Shown: one piece after another, positions 1 through 12,783 of the stretch | Layout: the number at the start of each line of letters is the position of its first letter | How positions within the stretch are numbered: position 1 is the stretch's first letter | Assembly (NCBI GenBank): GCA_963828665.1 | Contig: CAWHFL010000011.1 | Coordinates: 156,550 to 220,549 of the forward strand | Direction of reading: 5' to 3' | Length of the DNA stretch: 64,000 bases | From: an uncultured beta proteobacterium | GTDB lineage: Bacteria; Pseudomonadota; Gammaproteobacteria; Burkholderiales; Casimicrobiaceae | The notes under the pieces: generated by a model | What the model saw: the letters and a program-made list of their open reading frames with translations, nothing else | Told to the model about the DNA's origin: nothing | Databases searched by the model: none | Position numbers and translations under genes: made by a program

Positions 1-159
1 TTCGGTCGCGGCACCCGACCCCGAGGGCACTGGATGGAATTTGATGATCAGCCGCTGGGTCGTCGGCTCCGGCGTTCCCGGCATCGACTGCGGCAATGCG
101 CGCGCAGGCGCGAGTGCGGCCAGCGTCAGCAGGCAGATGACGACTGCGCGGACGATCAC
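1..159 (-). CDS. N-terminal fragment of a probable secreted protein (runs off the window edge)
   Basis: GTG at 159 opens VIVRAVVICLLTLAALAPARA/LPQSMPGTPEPTTQRLIIKFHP. This is a signal-peptide-like hydrophobic stretch ending in AxA. The frame stays open to position 1. It is absent from the ORF track because it is partial. Confidence 0.35.
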   Translation of the reverse strand, partial: MIVRAVVICLLTLAALAPARALPQSMPGTPEPTTQRLIIKFHPVPSGSGAATE

Positions 160-169
160 CGGTTACCGG

Positions 170-3785
<3,616 letters not shown>

Positions 3786-4012
3786 TGTTTTAAACCCAAT
3801 AACAGCTAATAGGAGTGCGTCGATTTTCGGTAAAACAGCGAAAAAAGCAACTGATTCCGGACCTTCGGCGTGTTCGCGCGCCGGTATAAACTCTGTTCGG
3901 CGTGGGGATGGTTTGGGGGCAAAATTGCGCGCGCCGGCCTGGCTCGGGTAATCAACAAATTATAAACCCGTTCACTGCCAATTCATACAGTCCGGACGGC
4001 TCGGTTTTGCCT

Positions 4013-5347
4013 TTAGTTGCGCAGCACCTGAAGCAGAAAATTGACGTCGTGGGTCATCTCGGGGACGGACTCGCGCAGCTTGGCGATCTGCCGGCAGGCG
4101 TGCAACACCGTGGTGTGATCCCGGCCGCCGAAATTGCTGCCGATCTCGGGCAACGAGAGCTGGGTCAGCTCCTTGGCGAGTGCCATCGCGACCTGCCGGG
4201 GCCGCGCGATCGCGCGCGAGCGCTTCTTCGAGTGCATGTCGGAAATGCGGATCTTGTAGTAGTCGGCGACCGTCTTCTGAATGTTCTCGATCGAAATCTG
4301 GCGGTTCTGGACTGCGAGCAGGTCGCGCAGCGCATCCTTGGCCACCGACAGTGAAATCTCCTGGCGATGAAAACTCGAATAGGCGAGAACGCGCTTCAGC
4401 GCGCCTTCGAGCTCGCGGACGTTCGAGCGTATGTGCTTGGCGATGAAGAACGCGACCTGCTCGTCGAGCTTCATGCCGGTCTGCGCCGCCTTCGACAGCA
4501 GGATCGCAACACGCATCTCGAGCTCGGGCGGCTCGAGCGCAACCGTGAGGCCCCAGCCGAAGCGCGAAATCAGCCGCTCCTCGATGCCGGAGATTTCCTT
4601 CGGATAGGTATCGCAGGTAATGACGACCTGCTTGCGCGCCTCGATCAGCGTATTGAACAGATAGAAAAACTCTTCCTGCGTGCGACTCTTGCCATTGAAA
4701 AACTGGATGTCGTCGATCAACAGAAGATCGAGCGTCCGGTAATAGCGCTTGAAATCGTCGAATGCCTTGTGCTGATAGGCGCGGACGACGTCGGAAACAT
4801 AGGTTTCGGCATGAATATATCGAATCTTGGCGGCCGGATCGTTGACCAGGATCTGGTTCCCGATCGCCTGGATGAGGTGCGTCTTGCCGAGGCCCACGCC
4901 CCCATAGACGAACAGAGGGTTGTACGAGGTCGGGTTGTCGGCGACCTGCATGCCGGCCGCACGCGCGAGCTGGTTGGCCTTGCCCGCGACGAAGGTCGCG
5001 AACGTGAATGCGGGGTTGACGCTGGCTTGATCGCCGCGGCGCGCGGCGGCGATGCCCGGGTCCGGCGATATCGCGGTAACCACCGGAGCCGGCACGCGCT
5101 CTGCGCCTTCGGCAACGACCAGCCCAAGGCGCAACGGGCGGCCGACGGCGACCGCGGCGAGCTCCTCGATGCGCCCGGCGAAACGCTCCTTGACCCATTG
5201 CAGTACAAAACGGTTGGGGGCGATCAGCTTGAGTTCGTCGCCAGCGATCTCCAGCCTTAGCGGACGGATCCAGGTATTGAATTGCTGTGGCGTCAACTCC
5301 TGCTGGAACGACTCCAGGCAGGCCTGCCAGAATACGGGTGTGGACAT
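4013..5347 (-). CDS. dnaA: Chromosomal replication initiator DnaA
   Basis: [30 protein letters not shown], Walker [11 protein letters not shown], and C-terminal DNA-binding region [16 protein letters not shown]. The track ORF (to 5692) was trimmed to the ATG at 5347. Confidence 0.96.
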   Translation of the reverse strand: MSTPVFWQACLESFQQELTPQQFNTWIRPLRLEIAGDELKLIAPNRFVLQWVKERFAGRIEELAAVAVGRPLRLGLVVAEGAERVPAPVVTAISPDPGIAAARRGDQASVNPAFTFATFVAGKANQLARAAGMQVADNPTSYNPLFVYGGVGLGKTHLIQAIGNQILVNDPAAKIRYIHAETYVSDVVRAYQHKAFDDFKRYYRTLDLLLIDDIQFFNGKSRTQEEFFYLFNTLIEARKQVVITCDTYPKEISGIEERLISRFGWGLTVALEPPELEMRVAILLSKAAQTGMKLDEQVAFFIAKHIRSNVRELEGALKRVLAYSSFHRQEISLSVAKDALRDLLAVQNRQISIENIQKTVADYYKIRISDMHSKKRSRAIARPRQVAMALAKELTQLSLPEIGSNFGGRDHTTVLHACRQIAKLRESVPEMTHDVNFLLQVLRN

Positions 5348-5438
5348 GAGTGATGCGTGCCGGGAGGGGGGAGACCCAAAAATACCGGGCGCCGAACGGA
5401 GCCCGTCATGGCCAGCAGTGTACTCCGCTGCGGCAAAG

Positions 5439-5447
5439 TTATCCACA
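5439..5447. promoter_or_regulatory. Consensus DnaA box TTATCCACA in the dnaA-rpmH divergent spacer
   Basis: Exact 9-mer TTATCCACA read at 5439-5447. It is bracketed by a perfect 9-bp inverted repeat, GTACTCCGC (5420-5428) and GCGGAGTAC (5457-5465). Confidence 0.6.
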
Positions 5448-5479
5448 GCGTTCCAGGCGGAGTACTGTCTCGAATTACC

Positions 5480-5509
5480 TTGACAGCGCTCGATGCAAAA
5501 CGCTCTAAT
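5480..5509 (+). promoter_or_regulatory. Sigma70-like promoter for rpmH
   Basis: TTGACA at 5480-5485, an 18-nt spacer, then TCTAAT at 5504-5509 (5/6 match to TATAAT). Lies 30 nt upstream of the rpmH ATG. Confidence 0.45.
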
Positions 5510-5538
5510 GTAAGGCTTTTTTCGAACGGAAGCAGAAC

Positions 5539-5673
5539 ATGAAGCGCACTTACCAGCCGTCGGTGATCCGGCGCAAGCGGACACACGGTTTTCGCGCCCG
5601 GATGAAGAGTATCGGCGGCCGCAAGGTCCTGCGCGCCCGCCGCGCCAAGGGCCGCGCGCGGCTCGCGGTCTAG
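5539..5673 (+). CDS. rpmH: 50S ribosomal protein L34
   Basis: Hand translation gives [44 protein letters not shown] (44 aa). It is below the ORF-track length cutoff. Confidence 0.95.
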   Translation: MKRTYQPSVIRRKRTHGFRARMKSIGGRKVLRARRAKGRARLAV

Positions 5674-5691
5674 ACTCGTCGCGAATCCGCA

Positions 5692-6039
5692 ATAGGCTCG
5701 AATCAACGGCACCGGCTGCGTGGCGCGGCGGCGTTCGCGAGACTGTTCCGCCAGGGACACCGCATCGAAGCCGAACATCTGCAGCTGTTGGCGGCGCCGG
5801 CGGGTGGCGCGATCGGCCAGGTAGGATACGTGATCGGCAAGCAACAACTGACCCTCGCCGTGGACCGCAACCGGCTCAAACGCATGCTGAGGGACGCGGT
5901 GCGGTTGCGCCGTCCGGCGCTCGACGCATTCGACATCGTTTTGCGCCTTCGCCGCGGCTGTCCGCGAACGGGCATCGCGGCGGTCAGCGCCGAAGCGGCG
6001 CGGCTGCTGGACTCGCTGACCCCTGAGAGGTCGCGATGA
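5692..6039 (+). CDS. rnpA: RNase P protein component (start codon uncertain)
   Basis: RNR motif [14 protein letters not shown] is present. The conserved N-terminal block [15 protein letters not shown] lies upstream of the first canonical start, TTG 5788. The frame is open from the rpmH stop codon, so 5692 (ATA) is only an approximate start. Confidence 0.8.
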   Translation: MGSNQRHRLRGAAAFARLFRQGHRIEAEHLQLLAAPAGGAIGQVGYVIGKQQLTLAVDRNRLKRMLRDAVRLRRPALDAFDIVLRLRRGCPRTGIAAVSAEAARLLDSLTPERSR

Positions 6040-6245
6040 AAACGCTGTTGCTCGGTCTGCTGCGCGCCTACCAATACGTACTGCGCCCGATGCTCGGCGC
6101 GAACTGCCGCTTCTATCCCAGTTGCTCGGACTATGCGCGCGAGGCGATCGAGCGGCACGGCGCGTTCCGCGGTGTGTGGTTGGCCGCGCGCCGCGTGGCG
6201 CGCTGTCATCCGTATCATGCCGGTGGATACGACCCGGTCCCCTAG
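6036..6245 (+). CDS. yidD: Membrane protein insertion efficiency factor YidD
   Basis: 69 aa, [38 protein letters not shown]. Shows a 4-nt ATGA overlap with rnpA. Confidence 0.9.
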   Translation: MKTLLLGLLRAYQYVLRPMLGANCRFYPSCSDYAREAIERHGAFRGVWLAARRVARCHPYHAGGYDPVP

Positions 6246-6272
6246 CATCATTACGTTTCGATTTCGGTAGTC

Positions 6273-7958
6273 ATGGATACCCAACGCCTGATTCTTTTTG
6301 TCATCTTTTCGTTCTCCGCGCTATTCCTCTGGGAGGCGTGGCAGCGCGAGCACCGGCCGCCGCCCCCCCCGGTCACGCAGGCGGCCCCCGGTGCGCCCGC
6401 TGAAGCGCCGGTACCTACGGCAACCCCCGCGCCCGGGGCGGCCGCCGCGCTCAATCCGAACGCCGCGCCCGCCGCCGCGTCCGCGGGCGAAACGATCGCG
6501 ATCCGCACCGATCTTTACAGCGCCGACATCGACACCGCCGGCGCCGTCATCACCCAGATCGCGCTGAACGAACACCGCGATACCGAGGACAAGACCAGGC
6601 CGTATCTGCTGCTGCAGAAGAATGCCGACCGGACGTTTGTCGCGCAGTCGGGCCTGCTCGGCGAGGGCCTGCCCAACCATCGCACGCTCTGGCAGGCGCT
6701 GCCCGGACCGCGAGAGCTGGCTCCCGGCGCGGACAAGCTGCAGCTCGCGTTGGAGGCGGGCGCCGCCAACGGCGACAAGGTGGTGCAGACGCTGACCTTC
6801 CACCGTGGCAGCTACGTGATCGACGTCGACTTTGCGATAACCAACGCGGGCACGGCGCCAATCGCACCCCACGCCTATTTCCAGTTCACCCGCGATACCA
6901 AATCGCAGAGCAAACAGAACTCGATGGCGCCCTCGTCGTACATCGGCCCGGTCGTGTACAACGAGACCGACAAATACAAGAAAGTCGACTTCGGCGAACT
7001 GGACAAGGAGGCCGCGGATCCGAGCCGCAAGCCGCCCTTCAGCAAGAATGCCGACAACGGCTGGGTCGGCATGGTCGAGCATTACTTCGTCACCGCATGG
7101 CTTCCGCCCGACGAGCCGAAAGCACCGCGCGAGTTTTACGCGCGCAAGCTCGACAACGGCCTGTATGCGGCGGGAGTGATCGTTCCCGGGCCGACGATCG
7201 CGCCGGGCGCGACCGGCGACGTCAAGGTCGAGCTCTACGCCGGACCGCAGGTCCAGGACACGCTGCGATCGCTGGCGAAGGGTCTCGACCTGGTCGTCGA
7301 TTACGGCATATTCACCGTCATTGCCGCCCCGCTGTTCGTGCTGCTCAAATGGCTGCATGCGCTCGTGCACAACTGGGGCTGGGCGATCGTGCTGCTGACG
7401 ATCATCATCAAGAGCGTTTTCTATCCGTTGAACCATGCCAGCGCGCGCTCGATGGCGAAGATGAAAGTGATCGCCCCGAAGCTCAAGGCGCTGCAGGAGC
7501 AATACGCCAAGGACAAGCAGCAGCTGCAGATCAAGATGATGGAGATGTACAAGACCGAAAAGATCAATCCGCTCGGCGGCTGCCTGCCCATCGTCGTGCA
7601 GATTCCCGTATTCATCGCGCTCTACTGGGTGCTGCTCTCCGCGGTCGAGCTTCGCCATGCGCCGTGGATCGGCTGGATTCACGACCTATCCGCGCCCGAC
7701 CCGTGGTACGTGCTGCCGGTTATCTACGCGATCACTGCGTACTTGCAGGTAAAGCTTTCGCCGACGCCGATCCAGGATCCGGTGCAGGCGAAGGTCATGC
7801 AGATCATGCCGATTGCGTTTTCGGTGATGTTCATCTTCTTCCCGGCGGGCCTGGTGCTGTACTGGCTGATCAACAATTCGCTGCAGATCTTCCAGCAATG
7901 GCACATGAACCGCGTGATCGGACGCGAGACGGCCGCCGCGGCGGCCAAGCGACGCTAG
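6273..7958 (+). CDS. yidC: Membrane protein insertase YidC
   Basis: 561 aa with an N-terminal TM segment, a periplasmic domain, and the C-terminal 60-kDa insertase core (PLGGCLPIVVQIPVFIALYWVL). Confidence 0.96.
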   Translation: MDTQRLILFVIFSFSALFLWEAWQREHRPPPPPVTQAAPGAPAEAPVPTATPAPGAAAALNPNAAPAAASAGETIAIRTDLYSADIDTAGAVITQIALNEHRDTEDKTRPYLLLQKNADRTFVAQSGLLGEGLPNHRTLWQALPGPRELAPGADKLQLALEAGAANGDKVVQTLTFHRGSYVIDVDFAITNAGTAPIAPHAYFQFTRDTKSQSKQNSMAPSSYIGPVVYNETDKYKKVDFGELDKEAADPSRKPPFSKNADNGWVGMVEHYFVTAWLPPDEPKAPREFYARKLDNGLYAAGVIVPGPTIAPGATGDVKVELYAGPQVQDTLRSLAKGLDLVVDYGIFTVIAAPLFVLLKWLHALVHNWGWAIVLLTIIIKSVFYPLNHASARSMAKMKVIAPKLKALQEQYAKDKQQLQIKMMEMYKTEKINPLGGCLPIVVQIPVFIALYWVLLSAVELRHAPWIGWIHDLSAPDPWYVLPVIYAITAYLQVKLSPTPIQDPVQAKVMQIMPIAFSVMFIFFPAGLVLYWLINNSLQIFQQWHMNRVIGRETAAAAAKRR

Positions 7959-7987
7959 CGAAATTCCAGAGCCCCGCAAGGGCAGGC

Positions 7988-9349
7988 ATGCCGACGCCGA
8001 TCGCAACCGAGCTCATCGCCGCGATTGCGACACCCGCCGGCCGGGGCGGCATCGGCATCGTGCGCGTCTCAGGGCCGGACTTGTCACGCGTCGTCGAAGG
8101 CATTGTCGGCCGCGCGCTCACCCCGCGGGTCGCGACCAGTGCCGATTTTGCCGGCATGCACGGCGAGACCCTGGACCAGGGATTGGCGTTGTATTTTCCA
8201 GCGCCGGCTTCGTACACCGGCGAGACCGTGCTCGAGCTGCATTGTCATGGCGGTCCGGCCGTCCTCGCGCAAGTGCTGCGCCGCTGCCTGGATCTTGGCG
8301 CACGGCTCGCCGAGCCCGGCGAATTCACCAAGCGGGCGTTCCTCAACGGCAAGATCGATCTAGCGCAGGCCGAGGGTGTGGCCGATCTGATCGATGCGGC
8401 GACGGCGACCGCGGCGCGCGCCGCAGCGCGAAGCTTGACCGGCGCCTTTTCAGCGGAAGTCCGCGCGCTCGTCGACGGGTTGACCGAGCTTCGCATGTAC
8501 ACCGAAGCGGCGCTGGATTTTCCCGACGAAGACCTCGAGTTCATGCACGCGACCGATGCCGGCGGCAAGCTCGCGCGCTTGCGTGAGCGACTGGATTCGA
8601 TCGCGGCGCGCTCGCACCAGGGCCGCCTGCTGCGCGATGGACTCGATGTCGTGCTGATCGGTCAGCCGAACGTCGGCAAGTCGAGCCTGATGAACCAGCT
8701 GGCCGGCGAGGACGTGGCGATCGTGACTCCGCATGCCGGGACGACGCGCGATGCCATTCGCAGCAGCGTCGAGATTCGCGGCATCCCACTGCACGTCATC
8801 GACACCGCGGGGCTGCGCGAGAGCACCGACCCGATCGAGCGCATCGGCATCGAAAGAACATGGGCGACGATCGCCCGCGCCGACCTGGCGCTGATCGTCA
8901 CCGATGTACGCGAGTCCGATCAGGGCGCCAACGCCGCGATCGTCGGGCGACTGCCGCAGCCGCTGCGGCGGATCATCGTTCGCAACAAGATCGATCTCGC
9001 GGCCATCGAAGCGAAACGCTCGGAATCCGGCGGCGCAGAAGAGGTTTGGCTTTCCGCCAAGACCGGCGCCGGCGTCGAGCTCCTTCGCGAAGCCATGCTC
9101 GCGGCGTCCGGCGCGCACGAGGACATGGAGGGCACGTTTCTCGCACGCGAGCGGCATCTCGCGGCCATGCGCGAGGCGGCCCTTCATCTCGAGGCGGCGG
9201 TGCGTCATCTGGAGACTTTGCCGCCGCCGCTGGAGCTTTTCGCCGAGGAGCTTCGCAGTGCCCAGCAGTCGCTGTCCGCGATCACCGGCGAATTCAGAGC
9301 CGACGACCTGCTCGGTGTGATCTTCGGTCGTTTCTGCATCGGCAAATGA
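7988..9349 (+). CDS. mnmE: tRNA modification GTPase MnmE
   Basis: MPTPIATELIAAIATPAGRGGIGIVRVSGP, G-domain GQPNVGKSSLMN and DTAGLR, and the C-terminal CIGK motif. The 750-aa track ORF was trimmed to the ATG at 7988. Confidence 0.95.
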   Translation: MPTPIATELIAAIATPAGRGGIGIVRVSGPDLSRVVEGIVGRALTPRVATSADFAGMHGETLDQGLALYFPAPASYTGETVLELHCHGGPAVLAQVLRRCLDLGARLAEPGEFTKRAFLNGKIDLAQAEGVADLIDAATATAARAAARSLTGAFSAEVRALVDGLTELRMYTEAALDFPDEDLEFMHATDAGGKLARLRERLDSIAARSHQGRLLRDGLDVVLIGQPNVGKSSLMNQLAGEDVAIVTPHAGTTRDAIRSSVEIRGIPLHVIDTAGLRESTDPIERIGIERTWATIARADLALIVTDVRESDQGANAAIVGRLPQPLRRIIVRNKIDLAAIEAKRSESGGAEEVWLSAKTGAGVELLREAMLAASGAHEDMEGTFLARERHLAAMREAALHLEAAVRHLETLPPPLELFAEELRSAQQSLSAITGEFRADDLLGVIFGRFCIGK

Positions 9350-9608
9350 GCGCCTCGCTCGCGACCTGCGCGTGCCGGTCGTGACTGCGTTTCACGTCAC
9401 GCCGGTGACCTTCTTTTGACCTGCACCGGGCCGCTGTTCGCCTGGTTGCGGCGTCACCGCCGACGCGCGGCAGGTGCGGGCGGCCCAGTGGCCTGACCGG
9501 TTTCGGGGCCTCGAACCCCGCTTACGCCGGCCGCGGCCAGCGTGCTAGAGTTATCTTTCCCCTTTGTTCTGCGCGCCCGATCGAGCATGGCGCCACTTTC
9601 CAGACCGC

Positions 9609-11450
9609 ATGAACGCCCCCGATCCTGCATCATCGTTTGCCGCGTCGATTCGAGCGCCGCGGGAGGTGCGCCATCCGAAGCTCATCGCCTGGGTGCATGA
9701 CATCGCTTCGCGCAGCCGCCCCGACAAGATCGTCTGGTGCGACGGCTCGCAGCAGGAATACGATCGCCTGTGCGCGGCCATGGTGGACTCGGGGATGCTG
9801 CGCCGGCTCAATCCCGCCAAGCGCCCGAATAGCTACCTTGCCTGGTCGGATCCGTCCGACGTCGCACGCGTCGAGGACCGCACGTTCATCTGCAGCGAGC
9901 GCGAAGCCGACGCCGGTCCGACCAACAACTGGGTCGCACCCGCCGAGATGCGCCGCACGATGGACGCGCTGTTCGAAGGCTCGATGCGAGGGCGCACGAT
10001 GTATGTCGTGCCGTTCTCGATGGGCCCGCTCGGCAGCCCGATCGCGCATATCGGCGTCCAGCTGACCGACAGCCCGTACGTCGTGGCCAGCATGCGCATC
10101 ATGACGCGCATGGGTTTTGCGGCCCTCGAGGTGCTGGGCACCGACGGCAAGTTCGTCCCGTGCGTGCATTCGGTCGGCGCCCCGCTGGCGCCCGGTGCGC
10201 GTGACGCGCGGTGGCCCTGCAATCCCGATCAGAAATACATCGTCCATTTTCCCGAGACGCGCGAGATCTGGAGCTACGGTTCGGGCTACGGCGGCAACGC
10301 GCTGCTCGGCAAGAAGTGCTTTGCGCTGCGCATTGCTTCGGTGATGGGCCGCGACGAAGGTTGGCTCGCCGAGCACATGCTGATCCTCGGCGTGACTTCG
10401 CCCGAGGGCCGCAAGAGCTACGTCACGGCGGCGTTCCCGAGCGCCTGCGGAAAGACCAACTTTGCGATGATGATTCCGCCGCAAGGTCTCGACGGATGGA
10501 CAGTGACGACGATAGGCGACGACATCGCCTGGATCAAGCCGCACGCCAACGGCCGCTTCCACGCGATCAATCCGGAAGCCGGCTATTTCGGTGTTGCGCC
10601 GGGCACCTCGTATCAATCGAATCCGAACGCAATGGAGACGTTGCGCGAGAATGTCATCTTTACCAACGTCGCGCTGACCGACGACGGTGATGTCTGGTGG
10701 GAGGGCATGACCAAGGAGCCGCCGGCGCACCTGACCGACTGGCGCGGCGAGTCGTGGATCCCCGGCTGCGGGCGCAAGGCCGCGCATCCCAACTCGCGCT
10801 TTACCGTTGCGGCGACGCAGTGTCCGTCGCTCGACCCGGAATGGGACAACCCGGCCGGTGTGCCGATATCCGCATTTATTTTCGGCGGGCGCCGCAGCGA
10901 CACCGTGCCGCTTGTCGTCGAGGCGACCAGCTGGGCTGACGGCGTCTACAAGGCGGCGACGATGGGATCGGAGACGACCGCGGCAGCGACCGGGAAGGTC
11001 GGCGAAGTGCGCCGCGATCCGTTCGCGATGTTGCCTTTCTGCGGCTACCACATCGGCGATTATTTCGCGCACTGGCTGGCGATGGGACGCGCGGTAGCGA
11101 AGCCGCCGCGGGTGTTCAACGTCAACTGGTTCCGCACCGACGCACAGGGCCGATACGCCTGGCCGGGATTCGGCCAGAACATGCGCGTGCTGAAATGGAT
11201 CATCGAGCGCTGTCAGGGCAATGCGCACGCCGTCGAAACCGAGCTGGGATTGCAGCCTGAGTATGGTGACCTCGATTGGCGCGGACTGGAGTTCGGTCCC
11301 GAGCGGTTTGCGGAAGTCATGCACTTCGACTCGGCGCGCTGGACGCGCGAACTTGATGCGCACGACGAGCTCTTCGCCAAGCTTGGCGCCAAGCAACCGC
11401 ACGCCTTGTCGGCGCGACGGCGGGTGCTTGGCGCGAGATTTCACCGATAA
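9609..11450 (+). CDS. pckG: Phosphoenolpyruvate carboxykinase (GTP)
   Basis: About 613 aa. GTP-PEPCK hallmarks are [12 protein letters not shown] and the [18 protein letters not shown] block. Start set at ATG 9609. Confidence 0.93.
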   Translation: MNAPDPASSFAASIRAPREVRHPKLIAWVHDIASRSRPDKIVWCDGSQQEYDRLCAAMVDSGMLRRLNPAKRPNSYLAWSDPSDVARVEDRTFICSEREADAGPTNNWVAPAEMRRTMDALFEGSMRGRTMYVVPFSMGPLGSPIAHIGVQLTDSPYVVASMRIMTRMGFAALEVLGTDGKFVPCVHSVGAPLAPGARDARWPCNPDQKYIVHFPETREIWSYGSGYGGNALLGKKCFALRIASVMGRDEGWLAEHMLILGVTSPEGRKSYVTAAFPSACGKTNFAMMIPPQGLDGWTVTTIGDDIAWIKPHANGRFHAINPEAGYFGVAPGTSYQSNPNAMETLRENVIFTNVALTDDGDVWWEGMTKEPPAHLTDWRGESWIPGCGRKAAHPNSRFTVAATQCPSLDPEWDNPAGVPISAFIFGGRRSDTVPLVVEATSWADGVYKAATMGSETTAAATGKVGEVRRDPFAMLPFCGYHIGDYFAHWLAMGRAVAKPPRVFNVNWFRTDAQGRYAWPGFGQNMRVLKWIIERCQGNAHAVETELGLQPEYGDLDWRGLEFGPERFAEVMHFDSARWTRELDAHDELFAKLGAKQPHALSARRRVLGARFHR

Positions 11451-11473
11451 CGGTCCGTCCAGTCCAGATTGGA

Positions 11474-11502
11474 AGGGCGCGCCAATGCGCCCTTTTTCTT
11501 TT
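11474..11502 (+). terminator. Rho-independent terminator after pckG
   Basis: Stem GGGCGC (11475-11480), loop GCCAAT, stem GCGCCC (11487-11492), followed by TTTTTCTTTT. Confidence 0.7.
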
Positions 11503-11575
11503 GGGCGAGCTTGCGCTCCGCAGGGCGACCGTCTAATCTTAACCAATGCACAAGCGCTTTCAGATATCGGTTACG

Positions 11576-11600
11576 GCAAGCGATTACGGTAATCGTTTGC
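11576..11600. promoter_or_regulatory. 25-bp near-perfect palindrome, candidate operator upstream of the LacI-family gene
   Basis: GCAAGCGATTAC-G-GTAATCGTTTGC, with 11 of 12 arm positions complementary. Lies 41 nt upstream of the regulator ATG. Confidence 0.4.
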
Positions 11601-11640
11601 TCTGGCTAGATTCAAGCCAGTCAAACTTCCCTTCGGATCG

Positions 11641-12645
11641 ATGATTTCGCAGCCGCGGCGAAGAGCACGGTGGCCCGCGGGCCACGATACGCCGAGCCTG
11701 GAGGATGTCGCCCGCGCTGCAGGGGTGTCCACGGCCAGCGCTTCTCGGGCGCTCGCGCGCCCAGAGTTGGTTAGCGAGGCGGTCTTGGCGCGGGTTTCGG
11801 CCGCGGCGACTCGGATGGGCTACATCGCCAATGCGGCCGCGCGTGCGCTGTCGACGCGCAAGTCAGGCGTAATCGGCGCGGTGCTCGCCGACGCCGCCGA
11901 TACTGTCTTGCTGCAGATGCTGGGGGCCGCCGAACGGACGTTTTCGGCGCAAGGCATAGGGGTGCTTCTCCGTGTGGCTTCCGCTGCGGCGTCCGCCGCT
12001 GTGTGCGCTCGGTCCTTGGCGGCGCGCGGCGTCGACGGCTTGCTGTTGGTTGGCAACGTCGCTGTGCCGGACACGGTCTCGGCGCGTACCCTGCCGTATG
12101 TCGTCTGCGGCCAAAACTCCGGATCGGGCGCCGCGGAGCCCGCGCAGTCGCTCGAGTACCGTGGTCTGGCGTTGGCTTGCGCTTATCTGCAGCAGCTCGG
12201 GCACGGGCGGATCGGCGTGATCGCGGGGCGTCGCGAGGAGGGTGCCGGGCAGGTTGCCCCGACGCTGAAGCACATCATGACGATAGAGCAGCGAGTCGAG
12301 ACGCCTTACGATACCGACGCGGTCAGGAGCGCGGCTCGCGCGCTGATGCGCGGCGAAGTCACTGCGATCGTGGTTGCGTCGGACGTCGCAGCAGCGGCCG
12401 TGCTGCGCGAATGCCGTGCGCTCAAGCTCGCCGTGCCGCGGCAAGTGTCGGTCGTCGGCTGGGGCGACAGCGAACTGGCGCGATGCCTGGACCCTGCCCT
12501 GACGTCGGTGCGCCTACCGGCACGCGTCGGCGGCCAAGCCGCCGCCGAGTATCTGATCGCCACCATGGCTGGCGATGTTTTCGCTTGGCCGGATCTGCCA
12601 CTGAAGCTGGTTATCCGCGATTCGACGGGACCGGCACCGGCGTGA
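11641..12645 (+). CDS. LacI-family transcriptional regulator
   Basis: N-terminal HTH SLEDVARAAGVSTASASRALA followed by a periplasmic-binding-protein-like sugar-binding fold (334 aa). Confidence 0.85.
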   Translation: MISQPRRRARWPAGHDTPSLEDVARAAGVSTASASRALARPELVSEAVLARVSAAATRMGYIANAAARALSTRKSGVIGAVLADAADTVLLQMLGAAERTFSAQGIGVLLRVASAAASAAVCARSLAARGVDGLLLVGNVAVPDTVSARTLPYVVCGQNSGSGAAEPAQSLEYRGLALACAYLQQLGHGRIGVIAGRREEGAGQVAPTLKHIMTIEQRVETPYDTDAVRSAARALMRGEVTAIVVASDVAAAAVLRECRALKLAVPRQVSVVGWGDSELARCLDPALTSVRLPARVGGQAAAEYLIATMAGDVFAWPDLPLKLVIRDSTGPAPA

Positions 12646-12656
12646 TTCCCGGGCCC

Positions 12657-12672
12657 TGTTCCACGTGGAACA
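12657..12672. promoter_or_regulatory. parS centromere-like site
   Basis: TGTTCCACGTGGAACA matches the canonical parS TGTTNCACGTGAAACA at 15/16 positions. It is embedded in a perfect 20-bp palindrome, CCTGTTCCACGTGGAACAGG (12655-12674). Confidence 0.75.
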
Positions 12673-12684
12673 GGACAGCTGCGT

Positions 12685-12700
12685 TGATCCACGTGAAACA
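12685..12700. promoter_or_regulatory. Second parS-like site
   Basis: TGATCCACGTGAAACA matches the parS consensus at 15/16 positions. Its centre is 28 bp from the centre of the first site. Confidence 0.6.
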
Positions 12701-12783
12701 TCGCGACGCAACCCCTGTTGTTGCGATGCGGATTGCCGTATCATGAGCGGCATCGGAACCGTAGGCTATTCTTCTTATAAAAC

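Noticed and set aside
5348-5538. Calling the dnaA-rpmH spacer the complete oriC
   Set aside because: It contains only one consensus DnaA box and I could identify no clear AT-rich unwinding element in its 191 bp. It is kept as an open question in the findings rather than as a feature.
7097-7987. Long N-terminal extensions of track ORFs for mnmE (also dnaA to 5692, atpA from 21314, atpG from 22813, rsmG from 14181, ackA from 27403, glmS from 36974)
   Set aside because: The extensions overlap the preceding, well-supported genes in another frame. Conserved N-termini with internal ATG or GTG starts define the real genes.
9388-9403. parS-like half site CGTTTCACGTCACGCC within a GTGAC-N10-GTCAC inverted repeat after mnmE
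   Set aside because: The left half matches parS at 7/8 positions but the right half only at 4/8 (11/16 overall). I do not consider it a functional parS. It also lacks a T-run, so I make no terminator call.
9630-11546. 638-aa minus-strand ORF
   Set aside because: It is antisense to pckG and has shadow-ORF composition. The same reasoning applies to 12958-14304 (antisense to mnmG), 6321-7682 (antisense to yidC), 21962-23317 (antisense to atpA), 30462-31673 (antisense to glpD) and 54340-55575 (antisense to metX).
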